Origin: the human T2T-CHM13v2.0 reference genome, Homo sapiens
DNA length: 64,000 bases
Assembly (NCBI RefSeq): GCF_009914755.1
Contig: NC_060936.1
Reading direction: 5' to 3' (one strand)
A program made the translations under genes and the position numbers. Below the pieces are notes generated by a model that was not told the DNA's origin, did not search any database, and saw only the letters and a program-made list of their open reading frames with translations. This document shows, in pieces, positions 38,400-52,100 of this stretch; the stretch's first letter is position 1; each line of letters begins with the position of its first letter.

Positions 38400-39560
38400 A
38401 TCAACAGTTTAAATTTCAGACAAGTTGGAAGGAGAAGCTGAAACTGATGGGATGAAATTTAATTTAGATAAATGTAAGTTTCTGAGCTTAGGTTCTAAGA
38501 TGCAGTATACACGATGAATGAGCAATGGCTTAACAGAAAATTCTAGTTAAAAAATAAAAAAAGAAAACCTTAAGTAGAATCTGTGGCGACAAAATACATG
38601 GGACATACTTAGGCTAAGTATCATTGTTATTTGGAATTTAAATTTAACTGGGTGTCCTATTTCTTTAGTGAATCTAGCAGCCCTCAAGGGAAGGCCCTTG
38701 AGGTTCTTTTGAGTTGGTTGAAAGCTCAGTGTAGGCCTGGAGACGTGGTTGACCTGAAAGCAAATCAATTGTGTAATATATAAATGGAAGGATGGTAACT
38801 AGGGGAAAGAAAAAGATCCCAGGATCCACTGACCTCAGTAGGGGAAGTCTGATCGCTTTATCCCTTTCCAGGGCCCACTCTTGGAGAGATACTGGTAAAC
38901 TTGAACCCTCTCCACAGTGGAAAATGAAAATGGAAACCACATCTTAGGAGGGATAGCTGAAATAACCTGAGATGGGAAGGCCTCAGTGGATCACATAGCC
39001 AGAATCCCAGAACGACCCTGATTCCTGTGTTTTCTACTTAGCCTTGTTCTCCAGCCTTTTCTTCAATTCTATGAGCAGCCTAATATCTTACCAAGAAACT
39101 CCTTTTCTTCTTAGGGTGACCAGAATCCATGCCTATTTCTTGTGACCCAAAGATTTCAAATAATCTGATGGTTTTTTGCCAGTATGTAAATTCCTATCTT
39201 AGGTTCTAAGGTGCAGTATAGAAGATGAATGAGCAATGGTTTAACAGAAATTTCTAGTTAAAAATTTTTTAAAAACCTTAAGTAGTATTACCAGACAAAA
39301 TACATGAGACATACTTAGGCTAAGTATCATTGCTTATTTGAGATTTAAATAGGGGATCTTTTGCAGAAGAGGATTTAGTCATATTTAGACAGCAAAGCTA
39401 AGATCTGAGGATGAAAATCAGATTTTCAGTCAACATGGAAAAGAACTTTCTAATAATCTGAACAATCCTGGCTTGCGAAAGGACCGTGGATTGGTGGGAG
39501 CCCAGTATTTGAAGAGGTTGAAGAAGAGGCAGGATGACCAGCAAATAGGAACAAGATTCC
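38400..39560 (+). mobile_element. L3/CR1 ORF2 remnant with nested insertions
   Basis: 38452-38493 translates MKFNLDKCKFLSLG (cf. CR1 MKFNKDKCKVLHLG); 'aagaactttctaata' near the 3' end. Confidence 0.7.
38590..38685. mobile_element. MER53 half-element
   Basis: 'tgggacatactt...aaatttaactgggtgtcct...tctagcagccct'. Confidence 0.7.
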
Positions 39561-39824
39561 TGACCTAGCTGGGAAAAACAAACTGAATCAGATGCTTTAT
39601 AACAGGTTTGTTGTTGTTGATGATGATGTTGATTTTTACCTTAAAGAACTTTGTTTAAATAAAATCTTAAATAGGAATTAAAAACAAAATATTCAAAAGC
39701 TGAGCAGTTATGGTGGGTGCAGATGGAGACCAAGCTTCTCCTGTTCATTCTTTCCCTAAACTTACAGTTGTTCCAGAATGGAAGCTAGGACTGTTGAAGC
39801 ATAGTTTTAAAATGAGTGGACAAA

Positions 39825-40078
39825 AATAGCTAATATTTATGGAGAATTTTCAAAGTCTCAGACACTGCTAAGCACCTCTTATGTATTATCTTACTGAGTC
39901 CTCCCAAAACTGCAAGAAGTGCCATCATTAACCCCATTTTACAGATGAGGCAATGGAGGCACAGAGAGAGTAATTGACTTATTCAAGGTCACACAGCTAG
40001 TAGATGTTAGATCTAAGATTTAAATACAGGGGTCTGATTATCGAGCCTATCCCCTAACTGCTGTGCAATTTTGCCTCT
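39825..40078 (-). mobile_element. MIR, near full length
   Basis: 'ccccattttacagatgaggcaatggaggcacagagagagtaattgacttattcaaggtcacacagctagt'. Confidence 0.9.
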
Positions 40079-40306
40079 AAGACCTTAGGACTAAACGAAG
40101 TTTGATTTCTAGTGTTTATCATTCCTGTTGGCGTCCGTGTTCCCCATCATTTATTTATCATCAGGTTAATTTAAGTTTTTCTAGGCTTTTCTAAAATAGC
40201 ACCAAGTCAAATGATTTTAATTTGTTTTTCATGACCCTCAGTTCACAGCTTCCTCCTTTAACTGGTTTTCCTCAATTAGGACTCCTCTTTTAAAAAATAA
40301 ACAACA

Positions 40307-40660
<354 letters not shown>

Positions 40661-41850
40661 TTAAGGTGTCAGCTGTTACAGTTGGCTGTAAAGACTGTGT
40701 TATCTGCTGGAGTCAAACTTCATTCCATCAGTTTGGTTCTCATTGTGTTTCTTCTATTTTTTCACAGCAAAACAAAGGGAGGAAAGGGGACTTGGTTTGT
40801 TTGTGAGGCTTTATTCGACCAAATGAAGATGGAGGTTTCTCTGGCAATGGCAGACTAGGGAGGCAGGCAGGCAGTGAAACAAAGCACCGGCATCCATAAT
40901 TGCCTTGATGTTCGCTATGACCTTTCTTCCCTTCTGTGGCCAAGCATCAGACAGGTAGGTTGGAGCCAGCAGGAGCAGCCTGACCTAATCAAGTGCTGTC
41001 CCAGGCATCCCTAGGAACATCACCAGCTGTGGGTTCATGGGGGTCAGTGGTCAGTGTGAGCAGTGTTACTGTGACCTGTTCTCCTTGGCTCAGTGTGATC
41101 CTTGACTCTCATTCTGTCAACTCTAACCCACTGTTCTCTGTCTCTATAGACAGGTTTCTAGAGGTATAAGCCACTAGGACCAGGCTCTGAGTTGGGGGCC
41201 TGGGTTCAGGATGGAGAGGTATGGGGGGTAGCCTCCCCACCGCCACACTTCTGTGGCTCCCCTGTGGCCCTGCAAATCACCCCTATCCATCCACGACTCA
41301 CCTCCTCACCAGCTCATCATCATCTCAGCTCTCTCTCTGTGAGGTGCCCACAAATACTGTTTGTCTAACATCACCTGTGAACTCCTGAAGCATAAGCCTT
41401 TATTTCATATTTTATAAAAAGCTGTGTAAGTTCAGCACTCCATAAACATAAAATGGTGAATAGCAAATTTCCCCCATACCGAAGCCATTTCATTTTCTTC
41501 AACAAAACAGCTCCTTTCACTTCCATACAGAAAGCCCAAAGAGGGAAATTTCTTCATTGCTCAGACAGCTACAAAATGTGATCACATTATTTCCCAACAG
41601 CTAATGTGCTCTTATGGATAAAATTTAAATTTGAAAGTCTGAGCAGATGGCCTATAAAGCTCTTGTTTTCCCTCTGAATTTAATTTCTTCCTGCTTATAG
41701 TGGGATTTTTAAAAAAAACATTTGGAAAGGAACAATAAAATGTTTGTATAAATTGTAATAATCATTATCTTGGTAATTGTTATCTCCTAAAGTTACCCCA
41801 GAAGAAAGATTAGAAGCTTGACACTGGGCCTGGAATCTTACCTCTCCTGT

Positions 41851-42204
41851 TGTATGCGTCTGTTCTCACACTGCTATAAAGAAATACCCAAGACTGGGTA
41901 ATTTATAGAGAAAAGAGGTTTAATTGACTCACAGTTCTGCATGGCTGGGAGGCTTCAGGAAATTTACAGTCATGGCAGAAGGCACCTCTTCACAGGGCGG
42001 CAAGAGAGAGAATGAGTGCCAAGTGAAGGAAGAAGACCCTTATAAAACTAGCAGATCATGTGAAAACTCACTCACTATCATGAGAACAGCATGGGGGAAA
42101 CATGCCCCCATGATTCATTCTTCACCTGGTGTTGCCCTTGACATGTGGGGATTATTATAATTCAAGGTAAGATTTGAGTGGGGACACAGAGCCAAACCAT
42201 ATCA
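41851..42204 (-). mobile_element. THE1C/D solo LTR with 5-bp TSD
   Basis: TG...CA; TSD cctgt at 41846-41850 and 42205-42209; 'gaaggcacctcttcacagggcggc'. Confidence 0.93.
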
Positions 42205-42834
42205 CCTGTCGTGTTCACAAGCTATAATTAATACCACCAAATCTTGCCAACTGGGCCCTGATCATTTTGGAGTCCATGTTCATTCTTACCTAAACTCTGC
42301 TGAAGTTCACCTTCTATTAAAAAACAAAAGATCAGGGGATGAAATGACCTAAGCAAATTAGCTGTACACAAGAATATAGATGAAATGTTAGGCTCTTTTA
42401 GAAAATATTATTTTCAAGGACTGTAAGAGCCATTTCATATCATCTCATTCGGATCCATTAATGAGCTAATTATCTTTTTACTAAAGGAGGCCCATAGGGC
42501 TTCAACTTAGAAATATTTAGTTGATCATCAGTTTGGGTGATTACATTTAACAAAATTGTGCTGTTTTCCAAACTACTTTATAATTCAGATTCTTTCCTAA
42601 CTTAGCTAACACTTCCTAATATGAAGGAATCAGGATTGACTCAATGTAGTTTCTGATTTATATAAGGAAAATATCCCTGGTAACATGTATATATAGTGTT
42701 TTTCCTCCTTTTTATCCAGTCAGTTACTCCATTCAAAGGTATATATCTATAAGAAGGCTAAATAAGTTAACAAAATATAGATTGATATCACCTTTTAATC
42801 CCAATGCTATTCGCAAGTTGAATTCATTGACATC

Positions 42835-43550
42835 AGCCTGCTCTTAAAATTTGCAAGGCTCAGGGTTGAGAATATAAATGGAAGACCACCAACTATATGT
42901 TCATATATTTAAAAGTTATGTTTACTTTGAAAAATATACCTGTCGTATAGTCTTACCTTGGTCTGAAAAATTGAAGGTCAGGTTCAAATTTAAAGCCCTT
43001 GGCTCATCACAGTACTGTCTCTGAACATGGCTGCACAGGGTGCATCAGCGCCCAGCCTGCTACACACCCACCCTCTCTTCTCACCCCCAGCTCCATTCCA
43101 CACTGCAAGGGACATCAGACACTCACAGAGCATGTCCCTCTTGGCTTACATTTCCAAGCTTCATTGCCACCTTGTCTCTCCTGCTTCTGCAAACAGCTGC
43201 CTCTTGGCCACCCTCCAGGTCTAAGAAAGCAAATGCTTGCCCCATAATCTTCCCTCGGGTGAACAGGGAAGAAGTCCTTCCCCTGACAGAGACTCATTCA
43301 GCCTCTGGAAGTGAGCTCATTGTCATTATAATAGGAAATCCTAGGGTCACAGGTATGAGATATATGATCTAGAAAGTACAAAACAGGGAGAGGTTTAGGT
43401 AGAATCTTACCTATGTGTCATGTCATGTTCATAGCCTTCTACTGAGTTAACAAAACTTTGAACTCTTTCCCCAAAAGCAGTGCTATAGCCACAAGTGGGC
43501 CAGGGGAGGGACTCCTCTAGGGGCAGAACTAGCTGTTGTCCTAGCAGTAT
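42835..43550. mobile_element. Ancient hAT (Tip100-like) DNA transposon remnant, tentative
   Basis: 'taaatggaagaccacc..tatatgt..atatttaaaagttat...gaaggtcaggttcaaattta' resembles MamRep/MamTip-type consensus from memory. Confidence 0.4.
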
Positions 43551-44544
43551 GAACCAGCCCAACAGTACTTGTTCTACATACATTTACTAGGCACTGATAA
43601 ATAGCATAAGCTGTATGTCATGCTAAGTGCCACGGAAAGACAAACACCTATGAGATGTATTGCCTGTGCCCACAGAGCTTACAGTCTGTTTGGGAAGATC
43701 ACAAACACAAAAATAACTGTGCTACAGAGATAAAGTCCTAAGGGACAAAGAAGGGGTGCAAGTCAAGTCAATGGTTTATTCTTCCCAAAAAGTAGTTAGG
43801 GACTAAGAAATATTAAGTGAAGAAGTCTTCTTTAACCACTTTAATGAAATATTGTGCTACCTTTCTAAATCGGCCTTCATGATACTCCTTGGAGGAAGGT
43901 TAGTATTATCCTATGGAACACTCTGGAAATGAACAGGTTAAGATGTCGGCTTCCATCCCTGAGCAAATCTGATGCAGGCAAGATTCGAAGTAGAAAGGTT
44001 TAGCTCCCAGATCAGCACACTGTGTGCCAACCCATCTGCCCACATCAATGTCTATTTAAAAGTGAAATGAATCAGACTAGCTCCATCTTCACCTGTCTTA
44101 CTGATCACCCATAGAAAGGGAGGGATGGAAAGCCCTCAAGTTAGACTGGAAAATTGAGCCTCTGTGCAATTTCTAGTCGTGTGTCTGCTTGGAGGCACGC
44201 AGCCAACAAAGCCATCAATCTGGCAGTTTCTTAACATTGACCCAATATATATTTGCTGGGCTATTTGAGCCATCTGCCATGCAAATGTCCATTAAGGAAA
44301 CAGCATAAAGTGGGAATACTGGGGTTAAAATGCCATTTAGTAGGAAAACACCACTTTCAGCAGCAATTGTCCACAGGAGAACAAAGAGCTGGGAGAACCA
44401 AGGACAATAAAAAGAGAATAGAGGAGTAGGAGACCAAGGCTCCTAAACCTTTGCCTTCAGTCCAGGCTTGTTTCTTTATGGCACCTTCAGAGGCACAGGT
44501 CTTACTGACAAAGATTCCCTGTATGGTTTCACTGAGTTAAAATA

Positions 44545-44703
44545 TGCATATATACATGTGTGTGTGCACTTAGATATATACACGCATACACGTGTATATA
44601 TATGTGTGTGTATACATATATGTAAAAATGTATATTATATATGTGGGTAAAGAAGCTATGTTAGGGAGATAAAACTATGGGTGTTGTTTTCCTTCTTGAA
44701 AAT

Positions 44704-44739
<36 letters not shown>

Positions 44740-44805
44740 CTATACTACATATAAATTATATATAAAATTTGTTACATGCAATGTAATTATATGTTATATA
44801 TAAAA
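44545..44805. repeat. (TA)/(CA)/(TG) low-complexity tracts
   Basis: Directly visible. Confidence 0.85.
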
Positions 44806-44809
44806 ATAC

Positions 44810-46000
44810 AAAATTTTAAGGAGAAAAACAGTATTCATAATTCCATCCCCCTAACAAAGCTCCCCAACCCTCCTAAATATTATCTTCTGATGTTGGTCTA
44901 TATGTGAGTAATATTTGTAACTATCTAGTGAGCCCTTACTATAATATGTTGGGTACTATATTACTTAATAATTGCATATTTCTCTAATATTTACATCAAC
45001 ACTAAAAGATTGATATTTCTTTCTAATTTTATAGATGCAACAAATAAGGCTCAAAGAAATAGTATTTTGATAGTTTCAAGGACATCCAGCTCATAAATGA
45101 AAGACTAAGACTTAAATCAGTTCATCTGCTTCTAATACCTATGTCTATCGCATTGCAGTCAACCCTCCATGTATATGCACTCTTTTATTCATGATTAACA
45201 CAAAAATAAAAGCTATTTTGTGCTTAGCTTTGCTTAGTTAACAGAACATCATAAATGTTTATGTTTTTATATAGCTTTCATGGTTGTCACTTTTATTAGC
45301 TGGATAATAATCCATTTAATAATTTATATTAATTTATTAAACACTGTACTTTTTATTTTTTAACTTTTATTTTAAGTGTAGGGGTACATGTGCAGGTTTG
45401 TTACGTAGGTAAACTTGTATCATGGGGGTTTGTTGTGCAGATTATTTCATCACCCAGGAGTTAAGCCTAGTACCCGTTAGTTATTTTTTTTTATCCTCTC
45501 CCTCCTACCACCTTCCACCCTCCGATAGGCCCCTGTGTGTGTTGTACCCCTCTATAGGTCCATGTTAAACACTGTATTTAAATTTTCCCTCTCTCCCTAC
45601 CTTTCTCTTTCTCTCTCATTCTCATCTTTGTTATTTCTCTCTCATGGTTAATAGTACAATGAACATGTTGGCATGTACAGTTTTTTGCTTCTGTTGTACT
45701 ATTTCCTTAAGATACATTTCCAGGAGTGGACTACTGGATCAAGGGGTATGACCATGTTTATGGCACTTGGTACATATTTTCATACTGATTTTTAAAAGTA
45801 TTCCATTCGAAGCATATGAGTGTTTCAACTAGGACAACCACACCAACACTGCATGTTTCATTAAAATTTCTTGTTGCTAATTTATTAAACTATAAATGGC
45901 ACCTCAAGCTTCCTTTGATTTGTGATTTTTACTCCAAAGTGGTGATGGCTGTTTTCTCATCTACCTGTTTACTGCTCTGACATCTCATATAGCTGTTCTC
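44810..46000 (-). mobile_element. Old L1ME-type 3' region (with MIR ~44915-45165 and L1PA inserted)
   Basis: 'atttccttaagatacatttccaggagtggactactggatcaaggggtatg'. Confidence 0.65.
45349..45564 (-). mobile_element. Short L1PA (PA13-16-like) 3' end with 12-bp TSD
   Basis: 'ggggtacatgtgcaggtttgttacgtaggtaaact'; TSD ttaaacactgta at 45337-45348 and 45565-45576. Confidence 0.92.
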
Positions 46001-46099
46001 TTTCCCTAGACCATCCCTTGAAAGGTGCTTTGTGTAAATACGTATGTACTCTTCATGCGGAGGAAATATTAACCCTTTTCCTTATTCTCCTATCCTTGA

Positions 46100-46395
46100 A
46101 GAAATGCCAGGAAAAAAAAGTTAACTTGACATATAAAATTTTAGCAACAAATCCTTCTACAGAACGAAGTCTAAAACTGAAATAATCAAGAGATTGAAGC
46201 ATGAGCGAGCTATTTGGAAATATATAGGTAAATATAAAGAGAAACAGCTGAAAGATTTTAAAGTAGTAGCTTCTGGGGGGCATGCATGGTGGGGGACAGG
46301 GCACAAAGCTGCTCTTTTTCGTAAGTCTGACGTAACTATTTGACTTTCTACGTGGCAATTACAACTGACGAGAAAGATCAAATTAAATTTATAAA
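46100..46395 (+). mobile_element. L1ME4-like 3' end
   Basis: 'ttaaaagtagtagcttctgggg...actatttgacttt'. Confidence 0.5.
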
Positions 46396-46869
46396 TTTTT
46401 CTCCACAAATGAATTGGCAGATAACATAATGCTCTGTGTGTCTGCTTGAGAAAATATTCCAATTAAGCTTTCCTTTTTCAAAAATTAATATATGTTTTTC
46501 ATCTCCTTCCCATTGCTCACAGCCATAGGATGCTAAAAGGAAGGGATAAAATCTGGCCACATTGTGTTCAAGGTTACTATTAGAGTCATGTCTTTCTGAA
46601 TTCCAGATTCTCTTTATTTCCCTGTTTTAATGTATTTTGCATAGATTTAATTAGAGCTCCTACATTGCAGTGGGGATCCATAACAGGAGGGGGGCTCTGT
46701 CTCCAGAGAAAAACTGATGCTCATTAACAAAGAAATGGATCTCGAAATTAATTTTATTTATGAAACCCAAGATTCAAATACACAAGAGCAGTGGACTGTA
46801 ACCCTACTCTCCTATAAGAGCAAATAAAAAATGACTGAGATGAATCATGTCCCCTAAAACCAAGCTTAT

Positions 46870-47375
46870 TTACAATCTGAGACCACCTACATTGAATCTT
46901 CACTCTGTCACTTTTCAGGTGCCTGACTTTGGGTAAGTTATTTAACCTTTTTTGTCTCCGTTTTCTTATCTGTAAAATGGAAATAATAGCATTTGCCTCT
47001 TGTAGTTTTTGTAAAAATATCACGAGTAAATAACATTTAAAGGGCTAAGAACAACACCTGTCATACAATAAGAACTCAATAAATGTTTCTGATAAGTATT
47101 ATCTTTGTTGTTATTCTCATTTTGGCAGTTTAAGTGTATAGGAAACATTGTCCATGATCATGTGGCATGGCATAGTTATGATTAGGGATCTTTATGGAAT
47201 TAGAAGTCAGACATATTTAGATACTAACATTGGCTGTGCTGCTTATCAGCTAAACAACACTGGGTAAGACACTAATTTCCTCATTTGTACATTGAATCCT
47301 GATATCTGGTTCTTAATTTTGACTATGAAGATCAAAGATGACAATGTGTCTGAAATCTGCTCTTCCAGTTTTGGC
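46870..47375 (+). mobile_element. Two MIRs in tandem
   Basis: 'gactttgggtaagttatttaacc...tatctgtaaaatggaaataatag...ctcaataaatgtt'. Confidence 0.75.
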
Positions 47376-47376
47376 A

Positions 47377-48051
47377 TATATATATTATTATATATATTTA
47401 TATATATATTATATATATTATAATATATATTATATAATATATATAATATACATTATATATATAATATATATATAAGATACATTATATAATATATATATTA
47501 TATATAAGATACATTATATAATATATATATTATATATAAGATACATTATATAATATATATATTATATATAAGATACATTATATATTATATATATTATATA
47601 TATTATATATATATTATATATATTATATATATAATATATATAATATATTATATATATTATATATATAATATAATATATTATATATTATATATATTATATA
47701 TAATATATATAATATATTATATATATTATATAACATATAATATATATTATAATATTTATATATATTATATATATAATATATATATATTATTATTTATATA
47801 TATTATATAAATAATATATTATTTATATATATTATATAAATAATATATTATTTATATAATATATTATATATAATATATTATTTATATAATATATTATATA
47901 TAATATATATTATATATTATATATAATATATATTTTATATATAATAATATATAATATATATATTTATATATATTATATAAATTATATATTTTTTATAATA
48001 TATATATAAATATATATATTATATAAATTATATATATAATATATATATATT
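47377..48051. repeat. ~670-bp interrupted (TA)n AT island
   Basis: Almost only A/T; contains a 32-bp sub-repeat. Confidence 0.97.
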
Positions 48052-48105
48052 TCAGAGGTGAACAAAGCAGGGCCATGGGAAGAATTAGAACAGTTACCTG
48101 AGATG

Positions 48106-48515
<410 letters not shown>

Positions 48516-48707
48516 TTAACCCACAGTCATTATTGAGCTGTGCTGTGCTAGGAGATAATCAGGTCACTTCCCTCAAGGATATTAAGAAACAAGAAACAAA
48601 GATAAACATAATTAGAATACTGTGTTCTAAGTACTAGAATAGAGCTATGCAGATGGCTGCAGAGAGGAGAGGTACCTAGGATGTGGAGAATCTGCTTGGA
48701 AGGGAGG

Positions 48708-49256
48708 TGTGTATCTATTGCTGTATAACAAATTGGTCCAAAACTTAGTAGCTTAAAACAGCACACGTATATTATCACATTGTTTCTGTGTGTCAGGAAT
48801 CTGGGCACAGGTTAGCTCAGTCCTCTGTTTCACAGTTTCTTGTAAGGCTGCAACCAAGATGTGAGCATAAGTATGCAGTCTCATCTGAAAGCTCCACTGG
48901 GGACATATCCACTTTCAAGCTCTCATGGTAATTGGCAGAATACATTTTTTGTTGTGCTACTGGACTGAGAGTTGTAATTCCTCCCTGTTGGCTGAAGGCT
49001 GCCCTTTGTTCCTTGCCATGTGAACCTATCCAGCATGGCAGCTTGCTTCATCAAAGCATGCAAACCTAGAAGGCAGAAAAGGGAAACTGCTCATGAAATG
49101 AACACAATTGTTTGTAACCTTACCATGGACATGACATCCCATCACTTTTGCCAGTGCTTGAAAAATCACTAGGTTTAGCCTACTCTCAAGGTGAGGGGAT
49201 TACCAAAGGGCATGAATACTAGGAGCAGGGACCATTAGGGGTCATCTTAGAAGTCA
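48708..49256 (-). mobile_element. MLT1F-like LTR
   Basis: 'aaaacttagtagcttaaaaca...gtcaggaatctgggcacagg...ttccttgccatgtg...gggcatgaatactagga'. Confidence 0.8.
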
Positions 49257-50444
49257 GTGGACTCTAAAAGGACTCATGAGCTGATTTTTAAAGCAGGAGA
49301 ATGTCACGTCAGTCTACAGGGATGGAAAGTAGGAGGTCATGGAGGAGACAGGGCAAGCAAACAAGAAATGAGAAAAAAGATAAATAAGTTATCTCAAATC
49401 TTAAGGTATGTTATCTCTTGTAGAAAAAACTGGAAAAATGATAAGCTTCAAATAATCTAATGAAAAGGAGACAATTGATATAGATAAGGGAAGAATAGGG
49501 GTGAATTTTGAATGGAAAAACAAAGACCATTATATTCTTACCAGTGGAGTGGTTTGAAAGCCACACTGCTGATGAGGGTTATTTTCCTAAATTTACTTTG
49601 AATTGGTGAGTGGAAGAGAGGTCAGTGTGACAGAAGTGGGCAGCGCTCACATGGGAATGGCTGAGGGCAATATAGCTGTCAAAGTGTGTTTCCCTGGCTT
49701 TTTATTTTTAAATTATTTATTCAATAAATAGGCCCTCTTTTTAAACTGCATGGCCATTTAATTAATTAATTAATCACAATGTCAGTTATTATACTTTCCT
49801 GTATCTTTTTAGTTTTTACCATACCCCATGTTCTCACTTTGTTGTTTCCCTGATGTGATTACAAAGAAAAAGATTGCAAAGATTACTGCCATTATATTGA
49901 ATATTTCAGCCTAGAACTTGACATTCTCACTGGTCCCCATTATGCCAGCCAAAGAAAGAAACAGTCAAAACATATTTGAAGTTACCGTAATGAGGAAAAA
50001 TGATTGATAAGTACTCTCCACTGAATTTTTAGATTCAATTTGGTCACTCTCCTTTGCCTCAATGTCTGTAGCTATAAAACGGGAGTAAAATAACCTACCA
50101 CCTCTATCTGTTAAAAGAGATAATGTAGTACAGGTGGTTTGAAAATTATAAATTTTACATATAATATATGAAAAAGTTATTCATTCCAAAAATGATCATG
50201 AGTGCACTGCACTAGTGTCTAATAGAACTGAGTCTGTCTGCTTGAGTGGCTCAAGGGTAGCGGGAATGAAAGACGTTTCAACACTTCCTTAGAATACAGT
50301 TTCTCAAGCATGATAATGAAGATTTATATAAAAGTGATTAAGGCTGTTACTAAATTTATCACATCTTATTTTAAATAGTTGCCCTATCATAGTAAAGTCA
50401 CACAACAGCATTTTAAAATATTATTGAGTACCTAGTTTTGTTTG

Positions 50445-50700
50445 ATGTGTAGTGTGGTAGTTAAGCACATGAACTCTGGAGACAGCCTGCCTGAGTTCAG
50501 ACTCTGGCTCTGATAATAACTGTGTGAGCTTGGGCAAGTTGCTTAACCATCCTGTACCTCAGTTTCCTCTTTTGTAAAATATAGATAATAATAGTTCCTA
50601 TATCATAGAGGTGTTGTGAGGATGAAACGAGTTAATACAAGTGAAGTTCTTAGAACAGTACTTGACACATAGTAAGCAAAAGTACAAATGTTTGCTTTTA
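50445..50700 (+). mobile_element. MIR, near full length
   Basis: 'gtgtgagcttgggcaagttgcttaacc..ctgtacctcagtttcctcttttgtaaaat'. Confidence 0.9.
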
Positions 50701-51169
50701 TAATATGGTCAAAGCACTGTGTCCAGACCAAAGGATGAAGCAATGAAAAAGAATATAGTCCCTTCCATCCAGTACCTTGGAGCTTGATGAATGAGTATCA
50801 AGATCCACTACACATCAAGTCACCTAGACCAGAAACCTGGAAGTTATCTTAGATACATCCCTTTTCCTGAATTCTACCGCTGTACTCCCAGCCCTCACAG
50901 TCGGTCACTGGGTCAGATCATGTACACTTTCCTGTCTGTTCCTTTCTCCCCGATCCCACGGCCCCTGGATTCATCCGGTAACTCATCTTCTGTCATCTGC
51001 ATCAGTGTCCTTGGTCCCAATGTATCCTCCATGATGCTGGCAGTATGTCTGAGCACCCACACCTCTGATTCCAACCACTCCAGTGTTTTCTCACTGCCTC
51101 CTGGAACAACTACAAATTCCTTAGCAAGATCCTTTATGATCTGTTCCTTGCAGACCTCAACTTGCTTAC

Positions 51170-51410
51170 AGGCAGTATGTATAATGGTTAAGGATAGACT
51201 CAAAAGCCAGACAATTTGAATCCAGCTCTACCATTGATAAGCTCTAGAATTTTCATCAAGTTACCTAACTTTGCTGGGCTCTTTTTCCTCATCTATTAAT
51301 GGGGATAATATCTACCTCATAAGGCATTTGTAAGAATTAAATGATTGGACATATATGAAGTACTCTGGCATGGAGTAAGCATTATATGAATGTTAGCAAC
51401 AATTATTATC
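51170..51410 (+). mobile_element. MIR
   Basis: 'aggcagtatgtataatggttaag...tttcctcatctattaatggggataata'. Confidence 0.8.
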
Positions 51411-51528
51411 TACCCAGTCTTGAATTATTTTCCCTTAATTCCACCATCCATTACAGCTATATAGAACATTGTTCATTCCCTACATACTCTCTTACTTATC
51501 TGTTCCTCTCTTTCCTCATATCATCCTA

Positions 51529-52100
51529 TGTAGTGAACAGACCTAATGGGACCTTCAGTCAGTCCTTTATTCTGGTATTCATACCTTTGTGTAGTCCCCT
51601 CCCCATGGGTACAGGTGAGACCTGTGATTGCTTCTAACCAATAAGATATGTTAATGGTGATGAGGTGTCACTTACATGATTTTGTTACCTTATATAAAAC
51701 TCTGTCTTGGCAGGTTAGAGATTCTCCTTGCTGGCTTGATAAAGTAAGAGACCATGTAGGGAAAGACCACATGGCAAGAAACTGGGCAGCCTCTAGGGAC
51801 TGTGGCTGGCCTCTAGGACCTGAAAATTGACTCCATCTAATAGCCAGAAAAAATCTGAGGGCCTCAGACATACAACCACAAGGAAACAAAAGCTGCCAAC
51901 AACTGAAATGAGCTTACAAATAAGTTCTTCCACAGTCAAACTTCCAGATGAGAATGTAGCCCACTTAACATGTTAAATATATCCTTGTGTGACCTTGAGC
52001 AGAGAATCCAGGTAACCCATGCCCAGACTCTTGACCCACAGAAACTATAAAATATAGGTATTTGTTGTTTAGCCTTCTACATTTGTGGTAATTTGTTACT
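51529..52100 (+). mobile_element. MLT1E-like LTR
   Basis: 'acctgtgattgcttctaaccaata', 'ccacatggcaagaaactg..cagcctctagg', 'ttgtggtaatttgttac'. Confidence 0.8.

Noticed and set aside
43514-43526. CCTCTAGGGGCAG as a CTCF site
   Set aside because: One G short of the core spacing and inside a probable transposon remnant
50791-51219. 142-aa and antisense 96-aa ORFs
   Set aside because: Within L2/MIR remnants; no coding hallmarks
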